Below are positions 1-8,792 of a stretch of DNA of 64,000 nt, in pieces. The translations under genes were made by a program, and so were the position numbers. Below the pieces are notes generated by a model, which was given only the letters and a program-made list of their open reading frames with translations, did no database searches and had not been told where the DNA came from. The DNA comes from an uncultured Pseudomonadales bacterium (GTDB lineage Bacteria > Patescibacteriota > Microgenomatia > UBA1400 > UBA1396), in NCBI GenBank assembly GCA_964511175.1, contig CAZEEI010000001.1, positions 147,187 to 211,186 of the forward strand, written 5' to 3'. The number at the start of each line of letters is the position of its first letter. Position 1 is the stretch's first letter.

Positions 1-100
1 GCCTGTTCAACTTCTGCCGCACTGAAGTGAGTTCTCTTCATAATAACTTTCCTTTCTGATGTGGGGCTAGTGTACCACAAGCGCTCACTAGCGATGAGAT

Positions 101-472
101 TTACCGGTTAAGTTCGGCGTTTACCTGCGTATCTGCAGCGTCGATTATTTGGATTGTGTCCAGAACATTTCTGGCCCCGGCAAGGATTAATCCCCATTCG
201 ATAATGAGTTTATCCGACACTTGCATGTGGGGTAATTCAATGATGCCGTTACCAAGCCAGCCCCTAATATTATCAGCCAAATAACGGAGATTGGCTAAGA
301 TTCTCACCCATTCCGGGTCCAAGTTGTTTTTCCTCCGCGGAGGAACGTTAGCAGCTTCCAAAATCGCAAAATTAGCCGTGTCAACCAAAGTTCCCAACCA
401 CTCAATTTTAAGTGGTGTTACCTCATTTACAATTTTAGCGGACTCAGGTTTTTTATCGGAATGACGTTTCAT
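101..472 (-). CDS. hypothetical protein
   Basis: 123-aa ORF, no recognisable motif. Confidence 0.4.
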   Translation of the reverse strand: MKRHSDKKPESAKIVNEVTPLKIEWLGTLVDTANFAILEAANVPPRRKNNLDPEWVRILANLRYLADNIRGWLGNGIIELPHMQVSDKLIIEWGLILAGARNVLDTIQIIDAADTQVNAELNR

Positions 473-486
473 AAGTTCTTCATTTC

Positions 487-930
487 TTAACGCCTGATCG
501 GTTGAGGCGACAAAGACAAAACATTATCTAGGAGCCGCCGCGCCGTAGCCACTTTTTCGACAACGCTATTCCAGGTGCCTAATTTGGAAAAAGGAATAGT
601 AATATCGCTCTCGACTAAATCATCGAGTTGTTGCTTTATAATAACCGCCTCATTTTGTAACGCGGTCAGATCTAAATGTTGCTTTAAGCAATCGTTAACC
701 TGTTCAAATAAAACGGTGGCCGCTTGGACTAAACGATGTGTTTGGGCTAGGTCATGCGTGGTGAGCAAGCGCGGTGCATTGTTCTCGATCGAGGGTAGGT
801 AAACCGGTTGTTCCTGGCCGACTGGCGGCACCGTTGGCGGTGGGCCGATCTTCGGCATTGTCTCCAACCCCAAATCGATTTGGCGCGTTTGTCGCTTACT
901 CATAAAACTCTCCTCTTCTTTCTTTAACAA
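487..930 (-). CDS. hypothetical protein
   Basis: 147-aa ORF, no recognisable motif. Confidence 0.4.
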   Translation of the reverse strand: MLKKEEESFMSKRQTRQIDLGLETMPKIGPPPTVPPVGQEQPVYLPSIENNAPRLLTTHDLAQTHRLVQAATVLFEQVNDCLKQHLDLTALQNEAVIIKQQLDDLVESDITIPFSKLGTWNSVVEKVATARRLLDNVLSLSPQPIRR

Positions 931-1619
931 CTTTTTCCGCAGTATAGCAGAGTGTTTAACGAATCAATATATTTTAAGATTTTGTTTGGTGTTGCAAAGG
1001 TGAGGTCGGGTTGAAATACAGTTGTATTTTTATGTCTGTAAGTTATTAGGCAAGTATGTAACCCGCTGTTTTTTGCCGGCAACAGATCAATTTCTACCCG
1101 ATCACCAATATATAATATTTCCGCCGGTGCCACTTTCATAGCATCCACTAGAACTTCAAATGCTTGGGTATCCGGTTTTTGACACTTCATCTGAGCAGAA
1201 GTAAAAATGGTTGAAAAGTTATTAATTGATATAGACAAACAATTTAGTTTACGGGTAATAGTTTCTAGTGTGTTGCTATTAGTGTGTAGAACATGAGCGA
1301 CTTGTTGATTTTGGATAAATAGTTGTTGTAAATCAGGATTCGGCTGAATATATTGTTCGAGTGGTAGTTTCAGCCAGATGTTTAGAAAAAATGCATTGCC
1401 ATTAATTCCGGCGCTATCGAGAACCTTGGTGCTGCTCTTCAGCTCCTGCTTTTTACGGGAATAATATATTTTTGCCGCGTCGACCGAACAAGATAAAGCC
1501 ATGGCCAGAGCGGATATAATTTGGTCCATAATGGCTTCGTCTAAGGCAGAGACTGACGGATAAAGAGTCCCGTCTAAATCCCAAGCTAAAACTTTAAGTT
1601 GCTTAACCCAAGTAGGCAT
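924..1619 (-). CDS. HAD-superfamily hydrolase
   Basis: Motif I DLDGTL near the N-terminus if start is taken at MPTWVKQ (internal Met of the 267-aa ORF); later GDR..D motif. Confidence 0.55.
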   Translation of the reverse strand: MPTWVKQLKVLAWDLDGTLYPSVSALDEAIMDQIISALAMALSCSVDAAKIYYSRKKQELKSSTKVLDSAGINGNAFFLNIWLKLPLEQYIQPNPDLQQLFIQNQQVAHVLHTNSNTLETITRKLNCLSISINNFSTIFTSAQMKCQKPDTQAFEVLVDAMKVAPAEILYIGDRVEIDLLPAKNSGLHTCLITYRHKNTTVFQPDLTFATPNKILKYIDSLNTLLYCGKSC

Positions 1620-2151
1620 ACATTTCTTTTTCGGAAATAGTATCGATGTTTTTATAATTTGGCCAAGAAAGCAAACCTTGCTTTTTTTTCTGTTGGAAAA
1701 TGTTATAAACTCTTTGCCACGCTTCAAAAAAAGTTTCGTTTGTGGAACGCTTCTGGTTGTCGAACTGCTTCATCCGGCCACATATTACTCTGTAGGGGGT
1801 TTTTACACAAACAAAACAAATTTGCTGGGGAGAAAGTTGAGAAAACAATGCTGTTAAAATAATTTCCCGTTTTGGCGCCTCTAAATTTGTGGCATCGACG
1901 ATAACTTTCTCCTGCTGGGCTAATTGGTCCAAAATGATTTCGCCAAGATGGATATATACCTGGTCCCGTTGGGGCGATATCGCTGCGTCGCCGCGGTTAT
2001 CATAACGACTGGATTGAAACATTTTTTCACGAACACCGTCTGATGACAAACAATAAGCTGGTAAAGTATCGGCCATCTGTCGAGCTAACGTAGATTTACC
2101 ACTACCCGGATAACCGGCCATTAAAAAAACTCGTTTGTGGTGCAGATCCAT
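1603..2151 (-). CDS. P-loop NTPase / kinase (AAA, zeta-toxin-like fold)
   Basis: Walker A GYPGSGKST near N-terminus; about 180 aa. Confidence 0.55.
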   Translation of the reverse strand: MDLHHKRVFLMAGYPGSGKSTLARQMADTLPAYCLSSDGVREKMFQSSRYDNRGDAAISPQRDQVYIHLGEIILDQLAQQEKVIVDATNLEAPKREIILTALFSQLSPQQICFVCVKTPYRVICGRMKQFDNQKRSTNETFFEAWQRVYNIFQQKKKQGLLSWPNYKNIDTISEKEMYAYLG

Positions 2152-2158
2152 GTGTTGA

Positions 2159-2878
2159 TTGTATCAAAACAGTGTGCTATACATCACACATAGTATGAGT
2201 AAACACGATCTAGTCGAACAGGCTAACCAGGTATTAGACAACTCCTTCAAAAATCGGAGCATTTTACCGGAGAAAGTTGTTGCACGCCTGGAAAGGGAAG
2301 TTGCTCATGGTCACGATGTGCAAAAATGGGTTAAAACACTTAACCCCAAGGCTTCTGATGAGCTTTTAGTTGCCGCCCTACTACATGACGTTGAACGAAT
2401 TATCAACTTAGAACACGATAGTGGTTTTACAGGCGATCGCAATAGTTCCGCCTACGCAGATCACAAAAAACAGCACGCTTTGAGGAGCGCCGCATATGTC
2501 ACTGAGCAACTTACAACCATTGGTTTACCCTTTGCCCAAATAGTCAGAATTGCACTACTCATTACTCATCATGATGATACGGGAAGTGAAGTTGAAAAGA
2601 TTAATGATCCTGATTTAAACACCCTCGTTGCCGCTGATAGTTTTTCCTTCTTTACTTCTATTGCCCCAGATATGCTGGCCAGAGAAGGAGAAGCCCGCTT
2701 GGCCGATAAAGTGTATTTTATGGTCGAAAAAATGCCTACTTTTCTGCGCAAACTTTTACAGGATCAAGATTTTACGGAAGCTCAACATGGATTAATTCCG
2801 GCCCAGGCAGTCATTATTGAAAGAGTTAAAAATAATGTTCTCGCGCAATTCATTTTCGATGATTCGACAAGAAGATAG
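2159..2878 (+). CDS. HD-domain phosphohydrolase
   Basis: LLHDVERI H..HD motif and later HHDD; true start may be the internal Met at 2192. Confidence 0.5.
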   Translation: MYQNSVLYITHSMSKHDLVEQANQVLDNSFKNRSILPEKVVARLEREVAHGHDVQKWVKTLNPKASDELLVAALLHDVERIINLEHDSGFTGDRNSSAYADHKKQHALRSAAYVTEQLTTIGLPFAQIVRIALLITHHDDTGSEVEKINDPDLNTLVAADSFSFFTSIAPDMLAREGEARLADKVYFMVEKMPTFLRKLLQDQDFTEAQHGLIPAQAVIIERVKNNVLAQFIFDDSTRR

Positions 2879-2922
2879 AGTCAATCCAGCCGAGACTGCA
2901 GATTCATCTTTTCGCCATTTTT

Positions 2923-2974
2923 ACAATAGAAGTAACTTCTAAAATAGAAGTGAAGATGTATCAATACTTCTATG
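2923..2974. repeat. conserved intergenic element copy A (ATAGAAGTAA x2 plus inverted ACTTCTA)
   Basis: About 75% identical over about 52 bp to 13863-13917, same internal repeat architecture. Confidence 0.55.
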
Positions 2975-3062
2975 TCGAAAAAACCGAAAAAGATAGAACA
3001 GTTGGCCTTAACCAGTAAGTTTTAGCTGATAACTGCTTGGGCGGTAGTGTCACGTTGTCGAG

Positions 3063-3665
3063 CTAACTTTGCCGCCGCCGTTCGACCTCTGTCCAGTTGA
3101 CCACGTGCCACCAAGCCTCAATGTAGTCCGGCCGGCGGTTTTGGTACTTGAGGTAATAAGCGTGTTCCCAGACGTCCAAAGTCAGCAGGGGCGTCAAGTT
3201 TTGGCTGATCGGACTGTCTTGATTGGTGGTAGTGATAACGCTCAGTTTTTGGTTGGCATCTTTCACTAACCACGCCCAGCCGGAACCGAAAACACCACTG
3301 GCGGCGGTAGTGAAGGCAGTACGAAATGCCTCGACACTACCGAAGGTGGTAGCTAGGGCGGCGGCCAGGGTAGCGCTCGGCTCACCGCCGCCAGGGGCGA
3401 GATTGGTCCAAAAGAGACTATGGTTGTAGTGGCCGCCGCCAAAATTGCGTACCGCAGTACGAATGTCTTCTGGCACAGCAGTCAAATCGGACAAAAGTTC
3501 GGCCAGCGGTCGCTCGGCCCAGTCCGGGTGTTTGGTCAGGGCTTCGTTGAGCTTAGTGATGTAGGTTTGGTGGTGTTTGGTGTGATGAATCTCCATCGTC
3601 TGGGCATCAAAGTACGGCTCCAGAGCGTTGTAAGCGTAAGGTAAGACGGGCAAAGTATGTGGCAT
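3063..3665 (-). CDS. sodA: Fe/Mn superoxide dismutase
   Basis: N-term [28 protein letters not shown] and C-term [19 protein letters not shown] are canonical SOD signatures. Confidence 0.9.
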   Translation of the reverse strand: MPHTLPVLPYAYNALEPYFDAQTMEIHHTKHHQTYITKLNEALTKHPDWAERPLAELLSDLTAVPEDIRTAVRNFGGGHYNHSLFWTNLAPGGGEPSATLAAALATTFGSVEAFRTAFTTAASGVFGSGWAWLVKDANQKLSVITTTNQDSPISQNLTPLLTLDVWEHAYYLKYQNRRPDYIEAWWHVVNWTEVERRRQS

Positions 3666-3706
3666 AGACCAAACCTCTCTATAAATAATAACTTAACACA
3701 CTAAAC

Positions 3707-4264
3707 TTATTTAGCCAAGGTTGGCACGTTGGCGCGGCCGTCGGCCAAAACCTGTGCCAGCCAAAAAAACTCGTCAAGGACACGTTCCAGCCGTGGTGTC
3801 CATTTAGCCGGTTCCTGGAATCGGCCGTCGATCACTTCTTTAGTAATATTACCGATATTAAGATCTTCGCGGCAAGCCACCATACCCAGTTCGCGCACTA
3901 CTCCCACCAGTGTCTCAATCATCCGTGTCCCGCCGAACGGACCAGTCGATAGGCTGACAAATGCTACCGGTTTATGAAGATATTCCTCCTGATTGAGGTC
4001 GAGGACATATTTAAGCGAACCAGAATAACCGTGGTTATATTCCGGCGCCACAATTAAATAGCCATCAGCAGCAGCGACTTGGGCGCGCAGGGCAGGTGGG
4101 CAGGCGGCCCTACCCTCGTCTTGAAAAGTGAGACCCAACTGGCGTGGGTCGATTAACTCAAACTCGCCCCTGCCCTTTTGGTTGGCCTGTTCGAGCACAA
4201 ACTGAGCCACGTACTGCGTGTACTGACCCTGGCGCAGCGAACCGGAAAAAATCAGGAACTGCAT
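3707..4264 (-). CDS. NAD(P)H-dependent FMN reductase family oxidoreductase
   Basis: MQFLIFSGSLRQGQYT start and LIVAPEYNHGYSGSLK motif; start chosen at internal Met to avoid overlap with mutM. Confidence 0.65.
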   Translation of the reverse strand: MQFLIFSGSLRQGQYTQYVAQFVLEQANQKGRGEFELIDPRQLGLTFQDEGRAACPPALRAQVAAADGYLIVAPEYNHGYSGSLKYVLDLNQEEYLHKPVAFVSLSTGPFGGTRMIETLVGVVRELGMVACREDLNIGNITKEVIDGRFQEPAKWTPRLERVLDEFFWLAQVLADGRANVPTLAK

Positions 4265-4277
4265 TACCCCAGTGTAG

Positions 4278-5138
4278 CTACTTTTGGCAATGCGGGCAAT
4301 AATGCGTCCCCCGCCCCGCCAAGCGTGTTTTGACGATAACCGTACCACAGCGGCGGCAGGCTTCCCCCATTCTCCCATAAACAGCCAGTTTTTGCGTATA
4401 GTTGCCGGTGCGGCCATTGGCATCGCGGTAGTTGCGGAAAGTAGTGCCGCGGTGTTGGATCGCGTCTTCAAGAACGTCCCGACACGCTGCCCAGAGACGT
4501 TTGCTTTCCCCAGCAGTTAAAGTATGAATTTTACGAGTTGGCCGAACTTTAGCCTGCCAGCAAACTTCGTCGGCATAAATATTGCCTAGTCCACTGATGA
4601 GTTTTTGGTTAAGTAGCAAACTTTTGATTGGTCCGGTGCGTTTGCTGAGTAAATTGCGGAAGTGAACCAAAGTAAACTCGGGGTCGAGCGGCTCAGTCCC
4701 AAATTCGGCCAGCACGGCTGCCTTTTCTGCTGGCGAAACCAACCGGAAGAAGCCGAATTGCCGCAGGTCGTTGTAGTACAGTGTACCGCCGTTGCCGAAC
4801 TGGAGAATGAGGTGGGTATATTTGTGCGGCAGAGCCGTTTCCGCCGGCGGCCACGCGTGGCCGCCGGGTGTCTTATGACCCGATTTTTGCCAAATCACTT
4901 GACCAGTCATGCGCAAGTGGACTAAAAGAGTCAACTCGGTATCACTAAGTTCAATCAGTAGTAGTTTGCCGCGTCGCTTGACGGCTATCACAGTACGGCC
5001 GATCAAATTCGACCTAAACATTTTGGCCGGATTACGTACCACCTTGGCGAGCCGGATTTCCAGTGCAGTAATTTTTTGTCCGACCAAATGCGTTTGTAGG
5101 TCACGGCGGATGGTTTCGACTTCTGGTAGCTCCGGCAT
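4278..5138 (-). CDS. mutM: formamidopyrimidine-DNA glycosylase
   Basis: N-terminal MPELPEVE catalytic motif, C-terminal CxxC..CPHCQ zinc finger. Confidence 0.85.
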   Translation of the reverse strand: MPELPEVETIRRDLQTHLVGQKITALEIRLAKVVRNPAKMFRSNLIGRTVIAVKRRGKLLLIELSDTELTLLVHLRMTGQVIWQKSGHKTPGGHAWPPAETALPHKYTHLILQFGNGGTLYYNDLRQFGFFRLVSPAEKAAVLAEFGTEPLDPEFTLVHFRNLLSKRTGPIKSLLLNQKLISGLGNIYADEVCWQAKVRPTRKIHTLTAGESKRLWAACRDVLEDAIQHRGTTFRNYRDANGRTGNYTQKLAVYGRMGEACRRCGTVIVKTRLAGRGTHYCPHCQK

Positions 5139-5219
5139 AAGTGCATTGTACGTCCATTTTTCTTGTATTAGTACGCTACTACATGGAAAAATGAACCATA
5201 ACTAGGTGCAGAATCAGGC

Positions 5220-5248
5220 TTGACAACTTTCTTTCAGTGACTTAACAT
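5220..5248 (+). promoter_or_regulatory. sigma-70-like promoter of hsp20 (TTGACA, 17 nt, TAACAT)
   Basis: -35 TTGACA at 5220-5225, 17-nt spacer, -10-like TAACAT at 5243-5248. Confidence 0.45.
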
Positions 5249-5274
5249 TGGCACTGTCTATCTAAGAGTGCTAA
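5248..5274 (+). promoter_or_regulatory. CIRCE-like HrcA operator (TTGGCACTG-N9-GAGTGCTAA)
   Basis: Inverted repeat matching CIRCE consensus TTAGCACTC-N9-GAGTGCTAA in 16/18 positions, 30 nt upstream of the hsp20 start. Confidence 0.6.
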
Positions 5275-5304
5275 TCAGCACTAAAAACAAAAGAAAGGAA
5301 ACAT

Positions 5305-5724
5305 ATGGCTTTAGTCCGTTGGAATCCCCTTTTTTCACGCCTGCTGAGCGATTGGCCGGAAGCCTGGGGTGACGAGATGGCACCGCTAACTACTAGTGCC
5401 GGTTCTGGTTTAGAGGTTTATGAAGACGAGACCGAAGTAGTGGTTAAAGCAAACGTAGCGGGTGTTCCTGAGAAGGATATCGACATTACCTTCGAAAAAG
5501 GCATGCTGAAGATTAGTGCGCAAGCTACTAAAGAGGAAGGCGATGAAAAACGTACCCACTACGCGCGTTCTTCTTGGGACTACAACTACACTGTGGCTGT
5601 TCCCGGCATGATTGACCTCAACGCTGAACCCAAAGCTGAAGTGGCTGACGGTGTGGTGACGATTAGTTTTGCCAAATCTAAAGCATCGTTGCCTAAAAAA
5701 GTAACAGTTTCGCGCAAAGCCTAG
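5305..5724 (+). CDS. Hsp20 / alpha-crystallin small heat-shock protein
   Basis: Alpha-crystallin domain pattern; RBS AAAGGAAAC upstream; CIRCE in leader. Confidence 0.8.
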   Translation: MALVRWNPLFSRLLSDWPEAWGDEMAPLTTSAGSGLEVYEDETEVVVKANVAGVPEKDIDITFEKGMLKISAQATKEEGDEKRTHYARSSWDYNYTVAVPGMIDLNAEPKAEVADGVVTISFAKSKASLPKKVTVSRKA

Positions 5725-5786
5725 GTCAGACCTATGCCAGGGTCAGACCCTGCCTAGGGTCTGACCCATGGCGGGGTCTGACCCTT
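5721..5786. repeat. cluster of four GGTC(A/T)GACC palindromic units, 18-bp period
   Basis: ggtcagacc-tatgccagg-gtcagacc-ctgcctagg-gtctgacc-catggcggg-gtctgacc read directly. Confidence 0.75.
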
Positions 5787-5842
5787 TTGACTGGCTATAG
5801 GTTGTAGTGTATAGTCGACGGCAATACCAAAAGGGGAAACCT

Positions 5843-6679
5843 ATGGCGAAGCCTCGAACGGAACTTAGTCCAGGGATGAGGGGGGAAATTGCCCGGCTTT
5901 ACCCTCTCTCAATAGCGGAGGTGCAACGACTTTTGCCAGAGCGCCGTGGTTACCAAGTGGTAGACAAACCTATTCCTTTTGGACCGGAGTTAACCAGTTT
6001 TGTTGGGCAGCATCACATCGATCTAAATGCAATTAAGGACTATAATTTAGCCTTTTTGGGTTTTGATGCAGTGCGGCGAGGTGACAATTTTGTTACCCGT
6101 CCAGGCCGTGAAGTCAGCGGTTTTGAGCCGTACTTTTTGGGCGGAGCAGAAACGGACGGTCGCGAAGTAATTAAGGGGATTGCTCGGCTTGGTAAGGAGC
6201 AAATCACCCTCATTAACAGCGACTTTTTCGGAAAAGTTGCGTGGCAGAAGGCTAAGGCGGTTTTAGATGGTAGCGGGCCAGTGACTACCGAAGCGCTCAA
6301 GACCTTAGACGATTTGTTTGTTAGAGTTCTTAACGCAGGGCGTCGGCGCATACTTAACAACCCCGTCGCTGAACAATTCCGACAGTCTACCGCACGTTTG
6401 GTCCGAGAGGCACCGGGATTCTATTTCTATTTTCCTTCCCAATCTCAATGTTTGCACAATGCCTATTACCAGATAATGCAACGTCCGCCAATACATGGTC
6501 TAAAGATGGCGCGCTTTGAGGGTGATCCGGTTGAATTACTCAGCGATGAGGCGCCTGATTTGCTAGAAGGCTGGAAGCTGATGTCCCGCTTAGGCGTTAT
6601 GGGTCACCCGGCTGTCCGTGTAGCAACCGATTATGGTTTTTTAGGTGCTCGCTATGGCGGGGCGGTGGGAAATAGGTAG
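5843..6679 (+). CDS. hypothetical protein
   Basis: ORF with RBS AAAAGGGGAAAC before ATG at 5843; no recognisable domain. Confidence 0.45.
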   Translation: MAKPRTELSPGMRGEIARLYPLSIAEVQRLLPERRGYQVVDKPIPFGPELTSFVGQHHIDLNAIKDYNLAFLGFDAVRRGDNFVTRPGREVSGFEPYFLGGAETDGREVIKGIARLGKEQITLINSDFFGKVAWQKAKAVLDGSGPVTTEALKTLDDLFVRVLNAGRRRILNNPVAEQFRQSTARLVREAPGFYFYFPSQSQCLHNAYYQIMQRPPIHGLKMARFEGDPVELLSDEAPDLLEGWKLMSRLGVMGHPAVRVATDYGFLGARYGGAVGNR

Positions 6680-6757
6680 CCCAGTCGCACGGAATCCTTA
6701 TACCCAAAATTGTTCTCTCAGTTTGACAGCGTTATAACGGTTTGCTAGCCTGGAGAC

Positions 6758-7840
6758 ATGCCTACTGCCAACGCGCCGGTCGCGACTACCAAAGATACTA
6801 AACCTACGGTGAAAAAAGCCAAAATTAAATTGGCGATTGATAAAGATGCTCTAAAAAAAGTTAACCTGGTGGCGGTGGCCTATTCGCACGTGGAGCGCGA
6901 GTGGTTTCCTACCAAAGAAGCCTATGAAGCGGAAGTGGAGGTGGAAGATCGGGCTCAAGAGGTTTTGGATGAATTAGAGAAACTAGGTATTCCGGCGCGC
7001 GGCTATGCCGGCAACCAGTACTTTTTAACTAATTTGTTGGTCGATCAGCCCAATTTGGTTCTTAATTTGGTGGATACGCTGCGGGGCAAAGATGCCTTAC
7101 AAACTTCCGTGCCGGCGGCGTTGGAGCTGTCTAATATTCCCTACACCGGCGCAGGTATGGCTGGAATGGTAATCAGCAACAACCGCAACCTCACCAAGCG
7201 TTTGTTAATGGCCTACGATATCCCGACTCCCGATTTTCAGTTTATCCGGCGCGCCGGTACCAAGGTGACAGAAGATCTTGGTTTCCCCCTCATTGTCAAA
7301 CTCAACGAAAGCGGCGGTAGCGTTGGTATCGACAATAAGGCCGTCAAGGAAAATCAAAAAAGTGTCCAGAAGAAAGTCGACACCATGGTTTCTACTTACA
7401 AAGTGCCGGTGATTGTGGAGCGCTTCATTGCTGGCCCGGAAATCACGGTGGTGGTATTCGACGACGGTAATAAAAAACACGTCGTTATGGGCGAGAAAAT
7501 TTTCCGCAAGAAGCCAGACGGCAAATATTACTTCACGTCTTTGGAAAGCTACGACGATCTACACGCCTACAAATACAAATTTTTAGACGACGAGGCTCTA
7601 GAAAGTAAAATCAGCCGTTTAGCCGTGCGGGCTTTTAACGCCTTGCAATTTAAAGATTACGCCAAGTTTGACGTGCGTATGGATAGTGAAACCGGCGTCC
7701 CCTACTTTACCGATTGCAACGCTAACACGGCGTTTGGTCCGGATCGGGGACTGCCCATGACCGAGGTACTGGCGATGTATGGCGTGTCGTTTAGCGATAC
7801 GTTAGCGAGTTTGATCAGCAAGTATGTTAAGCAACTCTAA
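6758..7840 (+). CDS. ATP-grasp ligase (D-Ala-D-Ala ligase-like fold)
   Basis: PLIVKLNESGGSVGI and VIVERFIAGPEITVVVF ATP-grasp nucleotide-binding patterns. Confidence 0.6.
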   Translation: MPTANAPVATTKDTKPTVKKAKIKLAIDKDALKKVNLVAVAYSHVEREWFPTKEAYEAEVEVEDRAQEVLDELEKLGIPARGYAGNQYFLTNLLVDQPNLVLNLVDTLRGKDALQTSVPAALELSNIPYTGAGMAGMVISNNRNLTKRLLMAYDIPTPDFQFIRRAGTKVTEDLGFPLIVKLNESGGSVGIDNKAVKENQKSVQKKVDTMVSTYKVPVIVERFIAGPEITVVVFDDGNKKHVVMGEKIFRKKPDGKYYFTSLESYDDLHAYKYKFLDDEALESKISRLAVRAFNALQFKDYAKFDVRMDSETGVPYFTDCNANTAFGPDRGLPMTEVLAMYGVSFSDTLASLISKYVKQL

Positions 7841-8444
7841 TAATGCCGGTGGCATGCAGCGTTTTCTGCAGATTTCCGAATCGCATTGCGGGGCGGCAGT
7901 ATTACAAATGTTGCTAAGCAACTTAGGTGTACTGGTTTCTCAGGACGAAATCGCCGCGGCGGCTGGCGCCACCCATACGGTTGAAGAGTATGGTTTGCGG
8001 GTGGATCAGTTGATTCTGGCTACTCAGCGACTCGCTCCTCAGGCGCAGTTTTGGTATAAGAATGAAGCCAATCTCACTGATTTAAATACGTTGGTTAACC
8101 AGTACGGTTGTCCGGTGGGAGTAGAGTGGCAAGGTGTTTTCGGCCAAGATGAGGAAGAGGAAGAAGAAGGCGAAGAAGATTATGGCCACTATAGTATCGT
8201 GACTAAGCTTGACCTCGATTACGACACCGTAGTGCTAGTGGATCCCTACCGCGACTTTGGCCTAAAGGATCGTTACTTTAACGTTGGCGAATTTCTCGAG
8301 CGCTGGTGGGATGTGAACGAAGTGTTTGACCAAACCGATAAATATTCCCGTTTGGTGGAAGATTACCATTTATTATTTATCGTGGTGCCACGCGGCGCCG
8401 CTTTTCCCAAATTGTTAGATCTACGTCATACCTGGGACGGCTAG
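7824..8444 (+). CDS. papain-like cysteine peptidase, C39/BtrH-like
   Basis: Q...ESHCGAAVLQMLL catalytic Cys motif, later GHYSIV His; start overlaps the ATP-grasp gene by 17 nt; poly-Glu linker. Confidence 0.5.
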   Translation: MLSNSNNAGGMQRFLQISESHCGAAVLQMLLSNLGVLVSQDEIAAAAGATHTVEEYGLRVDQLILATQRLAPQAQFWYKNEANLTDLNTLVNQYGCPVGVEWQGVFGQDEEEEEEGEEDYGHYSIVTKLDLDYDTVVLVDPYRDFGLKDRYFNVGEFLERWWDVNEVFDQTDKYSRLVEDYHLLFIVVPRGAAFPKLLDLRHTWDG

Positions 8445-8686
8445 TGCCCCATCATTTTCCAAAGATGCGCGCCAATAGCAATACCAACTAGGACCCAACC
8501 CCAGAACAAAATATCGCTAACGCCAAAGTAGCTCACCACCAACAGAGCCAGCCCAGCCCCACCGATCAAATGGGTGATCCCCTTCCAACTGGCGCAGCAG
8601 CCCATCATGGTGCCACCGCCGCATTCGCCGCCGCAGCAACAACCGCCGTGCATCATCATTTTTCCAGACCTTTTTGCCATATACAT
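8441..8686 (-). CDS. Cys/Met/His-rich small membrane protein
   Basis: MMHGGCCCGGECGGGTMMGCCASWKG N-terminus followed by two predicted TM helices. Confidence 0.45.
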   Translation of the reverse strand: MYMAKRSGKMMMHGGCCCGGECGGGTMMGCCASWKGITHLIGGAGLALLVVSYFGVSDILFWGWVLVGIAIGAHLWKMMGH

Positions 8687-8792
8687 CCTCCTTTTTTGTG
8701 GCTATCTTTATGTTGCTTAACTTTTGTCCGGTAGTCAAGGGAGGATAACAACGGTTGTGTTACAATCTGAGCTAGTTAGATAAGGAGAACCT

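Noticed and set aside
1-40. Minus-strand ATG at 38-40 opening an ORF that runs off the left edge
   Set aside because: Only 13 codons are visible; cannot be supported.
575-802. 75-aa plus-strand ORF
   Set aside because: Antisense within the 487-930 minus-strand ORF; Cys/Ser-rich low-complexity translation typical of a shadow frame.
3069-3644. Three plus-strand ORFs (3069-3269, 3223-3429, 3420-3644)
   Set aside because: Antisense to sodA, whose identity is certain.
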